Shown: positions 11,824-26,271 of the stretch, piece by piece | How the letters are laid out: every line of letters begins with the position of its first letter | Position numbering within the stretch: position 1 is the stretch's first letter | Assembly (NCBI RefSeq): GCF_006345805.1 | Contig: NC_043022.1 | Span: forward strand, 24,180,001-24,244,000 | From: Octopus sinensis | Lineage: Eukaryota | Length of the DNA stretch: 64,000 bases | Direction: 5' to 3' | Program-made: the position numbers and the translations under genes | Notes under the pieces: generated by a model | The model's database searches: none | What the model was told of the DNA's origin: nothing | Seen by the model: the letters and a program-made list of their open reading frames with translations, nothing else

Positions 11824-13427
11824 CTGCAAAAGACATCAAAACAATACATTATTATTTACAAGAGCACATTTCAAAAATAACAATAATAATAATAATAATA
11901 ATAATAATAATTAATTCTTTTATTGGCCTCAAGGACTGACAAAAATTAATTATCACATAAAGGGACAAAACAGGACGAAAGGTTACAAAGGGTTTTGTCC
12001 GTTTGTAAAAAACCGTGTAACAACGAAAAATTATAGCAACGAAAAACTCCCAATAGGGGGAGGCATTACGAAAGTTTCCTAATGGAAAAACCCATAAAAG
12101 CCACGGTAATAATAATAAGTAATTTCTGATTTAGACACAAAACCACCAATTTTGAGGGGAGGGGTTTTGTCAATATTACTGTCCCCACTAGTACATTATT
12201 TCATTGACCTCAGGGAGATGAAAGCAAAGTCGAACCAGGTGGGAATGGAACTCAGATTGTAAAGAACCAGAAGAAGCAACACAAGACACTTTTCTGATGC
12301 TCTGCCAATTCTGCCAGCTCACTGCCCTTGATAAAAACATAATGGATGCTAATTTAATTGAAGACCAGCAATTTCAATGGCAGAGTGGGTAGGGCTTTAA
12401 TGCCATTGGTACCAGTTCATGACTGGTATTTCGTTGGGAGAATGGAAGACAAAGATGGTATGTATATGTCCACACTATATTTAAACACACACAAACACAT
12501 TATGATTTCAGTGGAAGAACAATGAAAAATAAAACATTTGTTTTCTAAGCACCTATAAGACTACATTTCTAGAACCGCAAGTTTGATAGAGATGCAAATT
12601 TAGACATTTTTTTCAATCCCCATTGTATGTATCTGCTGAAAACTAGACAGAGACAGGAAAACAGACAGAATTTAATTTGATTGACAAACTGACTTGCCCA
12701 AAGAACTCTACTGTCCAACCATCCTCCACAGACACACACACACACAAACACACACACACATAGAGCCATAGAGCGAGTGTTTTAAGCTGTGACCTCGTTA
12801 GGGTTAAAAGTGCTGGCACCTCAACTGCACAGCGAGGCTGGCCTCTCGTGCTGTTTCTCAAACGAAATCCAATTTAATGAATAACAATGCGATAACGAGG
12901 TTATTAAAAATATCAACTGGCAACATGAAGCGTGCGATAGTTAATGCAAATTAAAACTGATCTGATCTAATATCCGAAAATCAATTTACTGCTTGAATTC
13001 AAACGCGATCAATAGAAGCAAGAGTTACAATTATCAGCTGTGTGCTTAATCAATAATGTATGATCATTCAAAACTACGCAGACGGAGGAGGTGGGGTTGG
13101 CAGTCGCACTGGCCGTGGTGGTGGTGGTGGTGGTGGTAGTGGTGGTGATGGCTGTTTGTGCTCTTATTATTGCCGCCACTGCTGTTTCTGTGACTACCAC
13201 CACCACCACCACCACAATCATCACCGCTGTTACTATTAGTTATAATGTTAGGAGTGGTATCATTGTGAACTGGTACTGTGATGTTTTTTTAATTCACCAT
13301 CATCATCATTATCATCAACATTGTAATCATCATCATCTGTATTATCGCCACTGTGCAGTTAGCTACATGTAACTGAGAAAGGCTTAAATGACTATATATA
13401 TAAATATATATATATGTGTGTGTGTGT

Positions 13428-13720
13428 GGAGGCGCAATGGCTCAGTGGTTAGGGCAGCGGACGCGCGGTCATAGGATCGCGGTTTCAATTCCCAGATCGG
13501 GCGTTGTGAGTGTTTATTGAGCGAAAGCACCTAAATATCCACGAGGTTCTGGCAGGGGGTGGTGGCGATCCCTGCTGTACTCTTTCGCCACGACTTTCAC
13601 CCTTTCTTCTGTTGGCCTGCACGCTTAGCCAACGGGGTGGTGTCATTTGAAGGCTAAAACAATGCAAAGCGCGATGTGTAGCAACATCTGATAGCCTGGT
13701 CGGTCAGTGATCACGGTGAT
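13428..13720 (+). mobile_element. Family C tRNA-SINE. Second copy at 16541-16829(-), diverged copy at about 26285-26545
   Basis: A-box tggctcagtgg, B-box-like ggtttcaattccc, tail gcaacatctgatagcctggtcg. Confidence 0.85.
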
Positions 13721-14722
13721 ATATATATATATAGGTGCAGCTGTGTGGTAAGTAGCTTGGTTCCGAGTTCAGTTTCCTTGTGTGGCACCTTGGGTTAGTG
13801 TCCTCTACTATAGCCTTGAACAACTTGACCCAGTCTTTATTGAATTGGTCTCTTTTGTAGAACCATTAAGTTATAGGGATGTAAACAAACCAACACAGAC
13901 ACACATACACATTTTTTTCTATTTGTTTCAGTCATTTGACTGTGGTCATGCAGGAGCACTGTTTTAAAGGTGATTTTTATATTTTACTCAAAGAAATTGA
14001 CCCCAGGACTTATTTTTTGTAAGCCTAGTACTTTATCAGTTTATTTTGCCAAACCACTAAGTTATGGGGATGTAAACACACCAACATCAGTTGCCAAGTG
14101 ATGGGAGGGGGGAACACACACACACACATATATATGACGGGCTTCTTTCCGTTTTCATTTACCCAATCCACTCACAAGGTTTTGATCAGCCTGAGGCTAT
14201 AGTGGAAGACACTTGCCCAAGGTGCCATGCAGTGGGACTGAACCTGGAACCACATATCGTTGAGAAGCAAGCTTCTTACCACACAGCCACGCCTGATGAG
14301 CTTCTTTCAGTTTCTGTCAACCAAATTTGGGAGTGAACCCAAAACCACATGGCTGGGAAGCAAACTTCTTGCCCAAACAGCCATACCTGCACCTACCAAT
14401 GTTCATTTTGGACTGGACAGGTCCTCTTCATCATCACACCATCACACCCCTTGCTGTGTTCCTTTGTCATCTTCTTATTCCGGATTGGTACTTATCATTA
14501 AGGAACCCAAAAGGATGTATGATGACAACCTTCACAGGATTTCAGCTTACAGAGAGAAGGAATAAATATTACAAAGAATTCTCTTCAACACACATATTAT
14601 ATGCATATATGTATCATCATTAAGGTCCATTTTCCATGCTGTCATGGGTTCGACAGTTTGACAAGAGCTGGTAAGGCCAGGAGCCACACCTGGCTCCATT
14701 GTCTGTCTTGTCATGGCTATAC

Positions 14723-14757
<35 letters not shown>

Positions 14758-15934
14758 CATATATAATTAGATAGATACAGATATGTGTACATAGCATAGT
14801 CTTCTAGACTTAAGTTACTGTCAAACAGTCCATGCCAGCATGGAAAACAGATGTTACATGATGATGAGACACACACACACACACACACACTACTAAAATC
14901 ATATATACGCACATATCACCATGATCACCTTGACTGACCAGTCCATCAGGCGTCCATTTGACACCGCTGGTCACAGCACGCTGTCCACTCCTCTCTGGAT
15001 CACACCTTTCTCATCCACGTGATCCCAATCATCCTCCTGAAATCGTAACACACACATATATACATCTATATCTATCACACATACACACACACACATAATG
15101 TATGTTTATGGCCTATTGGTTAGAATGTTGGGTTCATGATTCTAAGGCTGTGGGTTGTGTTCCTTACAGGGAAGTACTTTCAAACTAGGGTTCATTATTT
15201 GATGCTGCTCCAGTCTATTCTGCTAGTAGTGGTGTCTGCTGAAGGAAAACCTTCAGACATACCAATGTCCCAATCGGGGGCAAGTTTTCTTCTGTCAGTA
15301 GCTTAACACTTCAGAAACCAAGGCAAACCAAGGCAAACCATGGCCAAATGAACATAATACTGACTTAAGGCAGATTCGAACTTTTTAATACATCTGTCTG
15401 TCTAGCTATGCTGCATCTAACACACAAATAAACACATACTTAGACAGACAGGCATATAGAGAATGTTAGCAATGCCAAAACTATAAGAACACAATCTACT
15501 CACTGCAGCTGTTTCATTATATATATATGTATGTGTGTGTATTTATACATATACACACTCAAAGACACGCATATTATATAATGTATATTATAAATAGTAT
15601 ATCTTATATATAATAAATTAGCTGTGTCAAAAACTGCAGGGGGAGGTTGTTGTACCCAGTGCATGCTGTTCCAACAGCTGTTGGACATCTGTTCACTTGT
15701 TTCAACACATTAAAACATTTTTTTTTTCTTTACTGCCAGTACTTCATGCTCCTGTACCCAGATGCACCTCTGTCAAAATCAGTAGGGTGCGGTGCTCTGA
15801 GATAACCCTCATTATTTAATCAATAGTCTTCTCATAGCCTTCTTTGACCTTTAAACGGGGTTATGTCAACAACTAAAAGACCTGTAGCTTGGTTGATTTC
15901 TTACCCTGAAACGTCTTACATCTCCACTGATTGA

Positions 15935-15967
<33 letters not shown>

Positions 15968-16023
15968 CCTAGCTACTACATTTGGAGGGAGGGGACTAGT
16001 TGATTAAGTTGACTCCAGTGTTT

Positions 16024-16163
16024 GGATCTTTTCGGTTTGGACAGCAGTTTTTAACATAATTTCTAGATAACTAAACAATTTTAAACTTCATATACTGGTA
16101 GACTGTGTTTATAAAACATCTTTTTCTCTTGGCTTTATTGAGAAAATTCTATAGTTTGTAGCT
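16024..16163 (-). mobile_element. Truncated Merlin-like MITE
   Basis: One TIR plus internal sequence matching the 22840 copy. Confidence 0.7.
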
Positions 16164-16350
16164 GATGCCAGTGCTGCCTAGACTGGCTTCCATGCCGGTG
16201 GCACGTAAAAAGCACTATCCGAATCGTGGCCGAAGCCAGCGCCGCCCTGACTGGCTTCCGTGCCGGTGGCACGTAAAATGCACCAATGCAATCGTGGCCA
16301 TTGCCAGCCCTTTGCCCAGCGTACCAATGATTCTGTCATATTGCATCCTA

Positions 16351-17120
16351 ATAATAATAAAGCAACCATACTCTGGGATATGCCAATACACACAGATAGA
16401 GAAACTAGGGCCAATAGGCCGGATATAGTTGTCAGAGATCACCAAGCAAAACGATGCTTTCTAATCGATGTGTCAATGAAGGGAAACTTTCAAAATACAA
16501 AGATCTGGAAATAGAGGAATCTCAAATGTTTTTTTTTTTCTTACGACCAGGCTATCAGATGTTGCTACACATCGCTGGTCACAATGCGCTTCACATTGTT
16601 TTAGACTTCAAATGACACCACCCCACTGGCGAAGCAAACAGGCCAACAGAAGAAAGAGTGAGAGAAAGTTATGGTGAAAGAGTACAGCAGGGATCGCCAC
16701 TATCCCGGAGCCTCATGGAGCTTTAGGTATTTTCGCTCAATAAACAGTCACAATGCCCGGTCTGGGAATCGAAACTGCAATCCTACGACCGCGAGTCCAC
16801 TGCCCTGACCACTGGGCCATTGTGCCACCAATGTGGAGTCTAAAAACAGAAACAATTCCTATCATAGTAAGTACATTAGGTATGATTTTAAAATATTCAG
16901 ACAAATACATAACCAAAAAGCCAGGACTAACATATGTATACATAACATACAGAAAATAGCATTACTAGGCACTGCACACATCTTGCGTAAGAAACCTTCA
17001 ATACAGAAAAAATAAGAGCATCACAGCACATACCCAAGGCACACAGAGCTGCACTTGGTAGTGCAGTGAAAGCACATGATAAAAATAAGACTACTGAATA
17101 ATGATGATGATGATGATGAT
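16351..17120 (+). mobile_element. R4/Dong-type LINE 3' end (restriction-like endonuclease region), split by a SINE at 16541-16829
   Basis: ILWDMPIHTDRETRANRPDIVV..CFLIDVS..KYKDLEIE, then WSLKTETIPIIV..IQKIALLGTAHILRK, then an AAT/GAT tail. Confidence 0.85.
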
Positions 17121-20100
17121 GGTGGTTTCAAACTTTGGCACAAGGCCAGCAATTTCGGGATGTGAGTAAGTCGATCATACCAACCTCAGTTCTCAATTGG
17201 TCCTTATTTTATTGACCCTGAAAGGCTGAACACTGACCTCTGTGTTATTTAAACTCAGAACATTACGAAGAACAAAATGCTACTAATACTAACCGCTATA
17301 CTCTTTTACTTGTTTCAGTCATTTGACTGTGGCCATGCTGGAGCACCGCCTTTACTCGAGCAAATCGACCCCAGGACTTATTCCTTGTAAGCCTAGTACT
17401 TATTCTGTCGGTCTCTTTTGCCGAACCGCTAAGTTATGGCAATGTAAACACACCAGCATCGGTTGTCAAGCGATGTTGGGGGGACAAACACAGACAAACA
17501 AACATATACACACACATACATAGCCTAGTACTTATTCTGTCAGTCTCTTTTGCTGAACCGCTAAGTTATGGCGACGGAAACAAACCAGCATCGGTTGTCA
17601 AGTGATGTTGTGGGGGAACAAACACAGACAAACATATACACACGCATATATATATACATATATATGATGGGCTTCTTTCAGTTTCTGTCTACCAAATCCA
17701 CTCACAAGGCTTTGATGTTTTATAATACAAACCATGTCAGAATAAAAAGACAGGATGGTCACAATTGGAACAGTTTTAATCATAGGTCTAAGAGAACATG
17801 ACTGACCTAGGGCTAAACAATGAAAACAACCACACCCACCACCACTGCTACTACCGCCAGCACCGTATTCAGCATTATTCAACTGCGATCACTCCATAAT
17901 CATTGTTTCCAGAATATATTGGTGCAAAGTAGTGATGAAAGACAGGCTCATTAGTAAAGAAAACTAGGCCCAACAGTGTTGAATAGAATAAATAATTGGC
18001 TTTCAGACTGCTGACATGATTGATGACAATGATGAAGACGACGATGACGATGATGATGATGATAATTATCATCATCATCATCATCATCATAGTTGTTGTC
18101 CTCATGACAGTAAAAAGTGTGGATATAGATCTTTTGATACATGTGATTGTATGAAATGTGAGCATATCGAAGCTGAAGAGACACAAAGATTGCAAAGGAG
18201 AGGCAATTAGCGGAGGAAAGCAAATTGTGAAGTAATTAATGGAACTAATTGAACAGCACATTAATTAGATTGTCTTTTCATTTTATCCTGAGCTATTGAA
18301 AAGATCAGAAAACAAAAGTGTGTCGTTGTGTTCGGCAATAGGTAAAAGTAAGGCATACGGTAAGGTAGGTAGGTAGGTAGAGAGATAGATAGCTAGGTAT
18401 ATAGATAGGTCGGTCGGTGGTCGGTAAGGTAGGTAGGTAGGTAGGTAGGAAAAAGATAATATTAAACCAGGATTCTGTGGAGCCATTGTAAACAAGGAAC
18501 ATAGAGGCAAATGAGCAGAGTTAATTAAATAAGGCACGTGTGTAAATTGCAATGAATCGAAACAAAAGACTATCAACTTAATCAATAAATGTTTTACAAC
18601 TTGCATTCAGCGTTCATACACCGACACGCCGCTTCCATTAAACCAGACTCAACGCCCAACCACAGAGTAAAAATCCATCGTGTCTAATGAGGTAAAGCTG
18701 GAGGATGGAACCGAAGAAGGCGGGGGGGGGGGGCGGACATGTAGACAGAGAAAGAAGGAGAGAAAGGAAGAGAGAGAGAGAGAGAAGCTGATTGGCGTCG
18801 GATCAGAAAGATTGCAGCAACGTTGAGTCATTTTATATGGGTAGTGTTCAAAAGATTGCATTAGATTTTATGCTTGTCTTGCTTTGAAGTGTCATTTATG
18901 GTAAAATGCTGGATATCAAAGAGGAATCGCTAAACATAAGAGAATACTGGTAGTGGCAGTGGTGATGATGATGATGATGATGGTGGTGGTTTTGATTTGA
19001 TTTGTATTTTTGGCATATTTTTTCCGTTTTTTTTTTCGTTTTCTTTTGGTAAAGTTGGTTTTGTTTATTTATCTATTTTACTTTTTTATTTATTTTCTTT
19101 CCCAAATATTTTTTTTATTTTATACTTCCAATTTGTTTTTTAATATTCAGCAACACAACATAACTGCCAACAGAATGGCAGGGTGGAATTGAAAGCTAGT
19201 CTGCTGACTCACAGCTGAAAGCAATTGAACAAGGCATGTAGGAATAGAAGAAGACGAAGAAGCCAAGAAGAGGAGGAGGAGGAGGAAGAAGACAAATACG
19301 AAGAAAGAGGACAAAAGAAGAAGAAGTTCCAATTCATTTTCAAAATGGTAATTCAAATAAGGAAACCTGCATTGCTATCCGTTTCCACGGAAAGACAGAG
19401 AGAGAGAAGGAAAAGAAAGAGCTAATACGTTTCTATGTCTCTCTCTCTCTCTCGCTCTTTGTGTCTCACTGACTGCTCGGTGACAATAGCAGTAATAGAA
19501 TCGGAGACAATGGCCACCAACTAACAGGGGAATCAATGAAGAATACTTTGGTGCTTTAATGCAATAACTACTACTGTTTCAATATTGTGTGTGCTGCCGA
19601 AAAACACGTCAAGTCGATTGCATGCAGTCAATTTGCCAACTGCAAACCACAAAAGGCATTGACAATTAATAAGACATGACAATTATTTTCGACCAGCCTT
19701 GTTATACACCACACACACAACACACACAGACACACACACACGGTCTCAGACAAAATATTATGTTAGCTAGATTTAGCAGCTCACATGTTCGTTCACCTTA
19801 TATTTTAAACATTCATGTGACACTATAATTGGTTTCACACACTATTAACTTCCTCGTTTGTATCACTATCTATCTAAACTACATCTCAATTGGTTTGTTC
19901 ACAGTACTGATATAAATATATAAACATAGAAGCACACACACACACACACACACACATCATTATCTATGTACATACATATATCTATGATAATGTTATGTTA
20001 TAAACGTAAGTTATCTATAGGCGTTGGAGTGGCTGTGTGGTAAGTAACTTGCTTACAAACCACATGGTTCCGGGTTCAGTCCCACTGCGTGGCACCTTGG

Positions 20101-20821
20101 GCAAGTGTCTTCTACTATAGCCTCGGGCCGACCAAAGCCTTGTGAGTGGATTTGGTAGACGGAAACTGAAAGAAGACCGTCGTATATATGTATATATATA
20201 TGTATGTGAATATGTTTGTGTGTCTGTGTCTGTCCCCCCCAACATCCATTGACAACCGATGCTAGTGTGTTTACGTCCCCGTAACTTAGTGGTTTGGCAA
20301 AAGAGACCGATAGAATAAGTACTAGGCTTACAAAGAATAAGTCCTAGGGTCAATTTGCTAGACTAAAAGGTGGTGCTCCAGCATGGTCACAGTCTCGTAG
20401 CCATGCATTGGATTTGGACATACTATGTCAGGCAGTGTAGTCTGGGCTACATCCATAGGTTCAACCATGCCGAATTTGTTGCATTGGACAAACGAAAAGC
20501 AGCCCTATCTCCTTGGCAGAACTGATACGGTGGGAGACTCCGATGATTCTAGAGCAATACAAAGGACAGGGTGCGGGTTCCACCTCTCCTATGCGCACGG
20601 CTGGACTGTCTTGGGCCTGAGCGCATGTCCGGTGCTGGTTTATCATTTGGTGCCTTCGCTGGGGTCCACAAAGGCCATGGACAACGTCCTCTGTAAAATA
20701 GCTGGTATTAGAAAGGGCATCCAGCCGTAGAAACCAAACCCAATCAAACTATGGAATCCTGGAGTGGCCCCCTGGCCTTGCCAGTTCCTGTCAAGATGTT
20801 CAACCCATGCCATCATGGTAA

Positions 20822-20859
<38 letters not shown>

Positions 20860-22839
20860 AGCCATGTTTGCTTCCTTCATACTAAATTTTCTCACCTCAA
20901 CTACATTTCTCTCTGTTTGCTCATGTTTCTGTTTTGGTTCTTTGACCAAATTATCTTCATTTATCGATGGAATTACTTCAATTCAATTCTTACACTATCT
21001 CAAAGTTCTTGATTTTTTAAAAACTTTTTTTCTTTTCTTTTCTATTTTTCACTACACTGCATAAAACAGCTTTTCTCCAGAAATTCGTATTTGATAACAA
21101 ACATCGATTTAGATTTAAAAAAAGCAAAGTATAAAAGCTATAAAAACAAACATGAAAAAAATCTTGCTAAATTAACACAGCAATCATTAACCATTCCAGT
21201 AATCAAGTGGAAGACGTGTTTTGATTGGCTGTTGCTTTTCTCTACTAATTAAAACGGGCCTATATGTTATTTATCGTGCAGACATGAATTCATTATTATT
21301 ATTATCATCATCATCATCGTTATTATTAACTACACCCGCTTCCTCTCTTCTCTAAGTCCTACCTTTATGATATTGATAAATTCAATCAAGCAGTGACTCT
21401 ATCATTTGATTTAAGTTATATATAAACAGCACACTTAATATAATGATGGTGGTGGTGGTGATGATGATGATGATGATGATAGTGGTGGTGGCGGTGAAGA
21501 TGATCAACTGTCCTTCTTCTCGCAAATGATAGTAATTCTCATCAATTCTGAGCTTGAGGCCTACATTTACAGACAGTAGAGAAAGATGGGGAGGAAGAGG
21601 AGGAGAGAGAGAGAGAGAGAGAGAACTGAGAAGGTTGGGCAGTGATCCCATCCAAAATGTTCATGTCTACACTTTAACCCCTTAGCGTTCAGACCATTGT
21701 CAAAAGCAATGCTTATTTATCCACATTGCTTTTAAATAACCACACTTAATTTTGTAGCTTCAAGATTTCAATGAGGCGATTGTATATTTTTAGAATGGCA
21801 TTGTAGGATTAGCTTGAGAGGCTGGATCTGGCTGCTTTGAACGGAAAGCAGGTAGAGTATTTGCACCAGAAATGGCCAGTTTAAACTAGCCTGTATGATG
21901 ACAAGAAATATACTACCACTACTACCTCCCTCACCCCTGACTCTTAGGGTAACCCTGAGGTAACTATGACTTGGCTGTAACACAGGTTATCCAATGTTCA
22001 CATCAACACTGAGCTCCTACATGGTCACTGGACTTGCAAGCAATAACAGACAAATCTCTCTCAAATCACAGTCTTCCAATTCGTATAAAGACAAATTAAA
22101 TAATGTAGCCATAGGTACAGGCATGGCTGCATGGTAAGAAGTTTGCTACCCAACCACATGGTTCCTGGATCAGTTCCATTGCATGGCACCTTAGGCAAGT
22201 GTCTTCTTCTATAGCCTCAAGCTGACCAAAGCCATGTGAGTGGATTTGGTAGATGGAAACTGAAAGAAGTCTGTCATGTGTATATATGTGTATCTTTGTA
22301 TCTGTATTTGTCCTCCACCACTTAACCGTGTTGATGTGTTTATGTCCCTCTAACTTAGCGGTTCGACAATAGAGACCAACAGAATAGTACCAGGTTTAAA
22401 AAAAAAACAGTACTGAAGTCAATTCATTGAACTAAAAATTCTTCAAGCTGTTGCTCCAGCATGGCCACAGTCTAATGACTGAAACAAGTAAAAGATATAA
22501 GATGAAAAGATACATAAACATCTTATATAAGGGATGGTCATGACTGGGATGCCTTTGATAAAAGGTCCACTCTGACCTGAGACAACAGCAACTATCATAA
22601 CTTCCAAAATGGTTTCAGATTTAAGAAGAAGGCCAGCAATTTTGAGAAGCCGGGGTTGATACTGCGGACCACAGTCCTTGATTGGCATTTTATTTTATCA
22701 AGCCAGACGTATTAAAGGTAGACATCAGAAGAATTTGAACTCAAAACACAGAGTTGGCTGCCATAAGTGAAAGCAATATCCACCACAATTTATATATGTC
22801 CAGAAAATTGGGGATGTGAGGGAGCATTGTGATTTCATT

Positions 22840-23248
22840 GGATCTTTTCGGTTTGAACGGCAGTTTTTTAAAATAATTTCCATGTAACTAAACACTTTTA
22901 AACTTCGTATACTGGTAGAATGTGTTTATAAAACATCTTTTTCTCTTGGCTTTATTGAGAAAATTCTATAGTTTGTAAGATAATTGTTGTTTTTTTCCTT
23001 CAATTTCTGCAATTTCAACCAATCAATGACGTCCATTGAGGTAAACAACATTCTGTGCCGTATGAATATGTCTGTTTAAGAAACAGATTGGGTTTATTTA
23101 CATTTGTGAAGAAAAAAAGATACCCTTCCCCCAACCCCTAACCCTAAAAGAGATTGAAATGCAATAAATCGATACTAGGGTTATAATTATGGGTGACAAT
23201 TTCATATGATACCACTAGAAAATACTGCCGTTCAAACCGAAAAGATCC
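22840..23248 (-). mobile_element. Merlin-like MITE
   Basis: Same TIRs; degenerate 8-bp TSD atttcatt/acttcatc. Confidence 0.8.
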
Positions 23249-23339
23249 ACTTCATCTGTTGGTGTAGAGGGAAGATACAGTGAGAGCCTTCTCTTCTGTC
23301 AGCAAGCATACAGAAAATGGCACACTCAAGAAATGGGAA

Positions 23340-23690
23340 AATATGACAGCACACACAACAAGGGCAAATGTGACAGTACACACAACACAGGCAAATAGGA
23401 CAGAACACACCCAACATGGGCAAATATGACACAGCACGGTTCCTACCACAACATGGGCGCACACAGCATGGACACACTATATGGGCACATACAACACAGT
23501 TATACACTATATGGGCACATACAACACAGTTATACACTATATGGGCACACACAAGATGGGCACACTTGGCAAGTATGACACAGCACGGCTCCAACCACAA
23601 CATGGGCACACACAGCATGGACACACTATATGGGCACACACGACATGGCCACACACAAGATGGGCACACTTGACATGGCCACACACAACA
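23340..23690. repeat. Complex minisatellite (cacacaacatgggca-type units with a ~150-bp higher-order duplication)
   Basis: The block atgacacagcacgg..cagcatggacacactatatgggcaca occurs twice. Confidence 0.85.
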
Positions 23691-24418
23691 CTCTACATCA
23701 AATATGAATGTTTATTACAGCAGAATCAAAGTGTGTTGTGATTGCATCGAATCAGAGGCAAAAGAGAGTGATTAGCGACGACATTACGTTCCAAGTTCTC
23801 TTTGACTTAATTGATGAAAGTTAAAACCATTTTGCTTCTTGAATCAGCATCATTAAGGCAGCAAGAAAATGGTATAATAATTTCTAGTGCTGATAGTGAT
23901 AGGTAGGGGAATGAGTCAGGGAGGGCGACAGTGGCGATGACGGTGGTGATGGCTGCTTCAATTAGTACAGCAAAACGGTGGAAATTTAGATTGTAATGAG
24001 AGAGAGAGAGAGAAAGAGAGTGGCAACATACTGACATGGCCAATGTCTTAAATCATTTTTACTATAATTAGCTTTTAATTAGCTGTGTCAACTGAAATAT
24101 AGTTGCTGAGAACATGAGCTGTGATCAGTTAGTCTGATGTAACGACTCGTTAACAATTAGGCCGCAAGAGATGGAGGCAGAGATGCATGGAAAACACTAG
24201 AGAGTGAGAGATGCATGGAGAGGAAAAAGAGATGGAGAGAGGGAGAGGAAAACGAGATGGAGAGGAGGGAGAGAGGGAGAATGGCAGAGAGAGAGAGAAA
24301 GACAGGGAAAGAGTGGGGGTGAGATACAGGGAAAGGTGATAAACATCACAGTAACTTGGCATATTCCAAGAGACTGGAGAGAAAGGTAGAGAGAAGGGGA
24401 GGTCCCACAGCTAACCGC

Positions 24419-24454
<36 letters not shown>

Positions 24455-26189
24455 AGAGGGGGTGGGGTGGAGGACAGGGTGTTGCAGCAATGACTGCTGT
24501 GAAATGGCAGAAGGAAAAACAGTGGTGGTGTGTTGCAGTATTCACTGTTGGGGAAAAGGTGAAGTGCTGCAACAGCGACTGCTGGGGGGGAAAAAAACAC
24601 AAAAAAAAACAACCCCAGGTGGGAGGGGGCAGCGGTAGGGTGAAATGCAAATACTGGAGGAGGAGTAAGAGGAGGAGAAGTATTGCAGCAATGGCTGCTA
24701 GGAGGTGGGATGGGTTGGGGATTGATGGGGGGGGGGGCGACTGATGAGGGTGGTGGGGGTGAGGAGAAATAAATTGTAGGAGTGACTGCTGAGAAAACAA
24801 TCCACCCCCTCTCCACCCGGAGAAGCAGGAGATAGAGGTAATTGTGAGGTTTATTTTAACCCTCTGTCTACCCACCAACAGAGCTTTGTGAGTAATAACA
24901 ACACCACACATGTGTATTTAATATTACAAAACTATTAGCATGACCACAACACGACATCTCACAACATGACAAGGCATCTCACAACATGACACGGCATCTC
25001 ACAACACAAAAGAACAAAACAGTAGAAACTAATGCATCACAACAGAACACAGCATAAGATTTCGCATGACAACAAGCCGTAACAGATACCAGCACACCAC
25101 AACACAACAAAACACAGTAGAAACCGACACATCACAACAGAAAACAGTAGAACACAACAAACATCACAACACAGAACACAACACTGCATGTCAAAATATC
25201 ATACAACAGAAGGCCATATACATCACAACGCAACATACAGAACAACAGAATACAATAGAACACAACCAACATGGTAATACAACAAACACCACAGAACTTG
25301 GCACTGCGGAACAATGTAGCATACAACAAAATCAGGGCCAGCATGTGGGTTACTGAGCTTGCAAGAAAGTGCAGCTAAAATTCTTTGGATAATAACCTGT
25401 TGTGTCTTTTTTTTTAAAAGAAGAAAATAGCTGTGTGGTAAGAAGTTTGTTTCCTAATAACTGGTTCCAGGTTCAGTTCCGCTGCATGGTACCATGGCCA
25501 AATGTCTTTATTATAGGCCTGAGCCAGCCAAAGCCTTATGATGGACAGAAACTATTATTTATAGCTTTATGTGTACTTCAAGAATCAATTTCAAAAAACA
25601 ATTATTCCGCATTCTCCCAAAATTCTTTGTCTTGCAAGTCACTTAGTGATCCTGCCAATGCTAATGCCATGTAAGATGCATCCAGTCCACACTGTAAAGT
25701 GGTTGGCATTTGGAAGGGCATCCAGCTGTAAAAAACATGCCAAAACTGATCTTACCCGTGCTGGTGCCATGTAAAAAGCACTCAGTCCACTCTGTGGGGT
25801 GGTTGGTGTTAGGAAGGGCATTCAGCTGTAAAAACCATGCCAAAACAGATGTAGCAGCCTGGGGTAGTCTTCTACCTAGCTAGCTCCTGTTAAACCGCCC
25901 AACCCATGTCAGTATGGAAGGTGGATGTTAAACGATGATGATGTTATATTTATAAATATATATCTACGAATGTGTGCCTTAGTGCTTGTCACCCACCACT
26001 GCATGAGAACCAGTGTTGGTTTGTTTGCATTCCTGTAACTTAGCAGTTTGGTAGTATAGGTAATAGGTATAAAAATAAGTACTAGGGTTGATTTGTTCGA
26101 CTAAAAACTCTTCAAGGCAGTGCCCCAGCATGGCCACAGTTCAATGACTGAAATAAGTAAAAATTAAACTACAAAAGATGATATATATA

Positions 26190-26271
<82 letters not shown>

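Noticed and set aside
13428-13510. tRNA-like sequences here and at other SINE heads
   Set aside because: They continue into SINE bodies and lack a complete cloverleaf, so they are not tRNA genes.
20896-21056. Minus-strand exon-like unit with acceptor and donor
   Set aside because: Stops in all frames and low-complexity composition.
23232-23741. Cys-rich or His/Thr-rich ORFs
   Set aside because: Products of a minisatellite.
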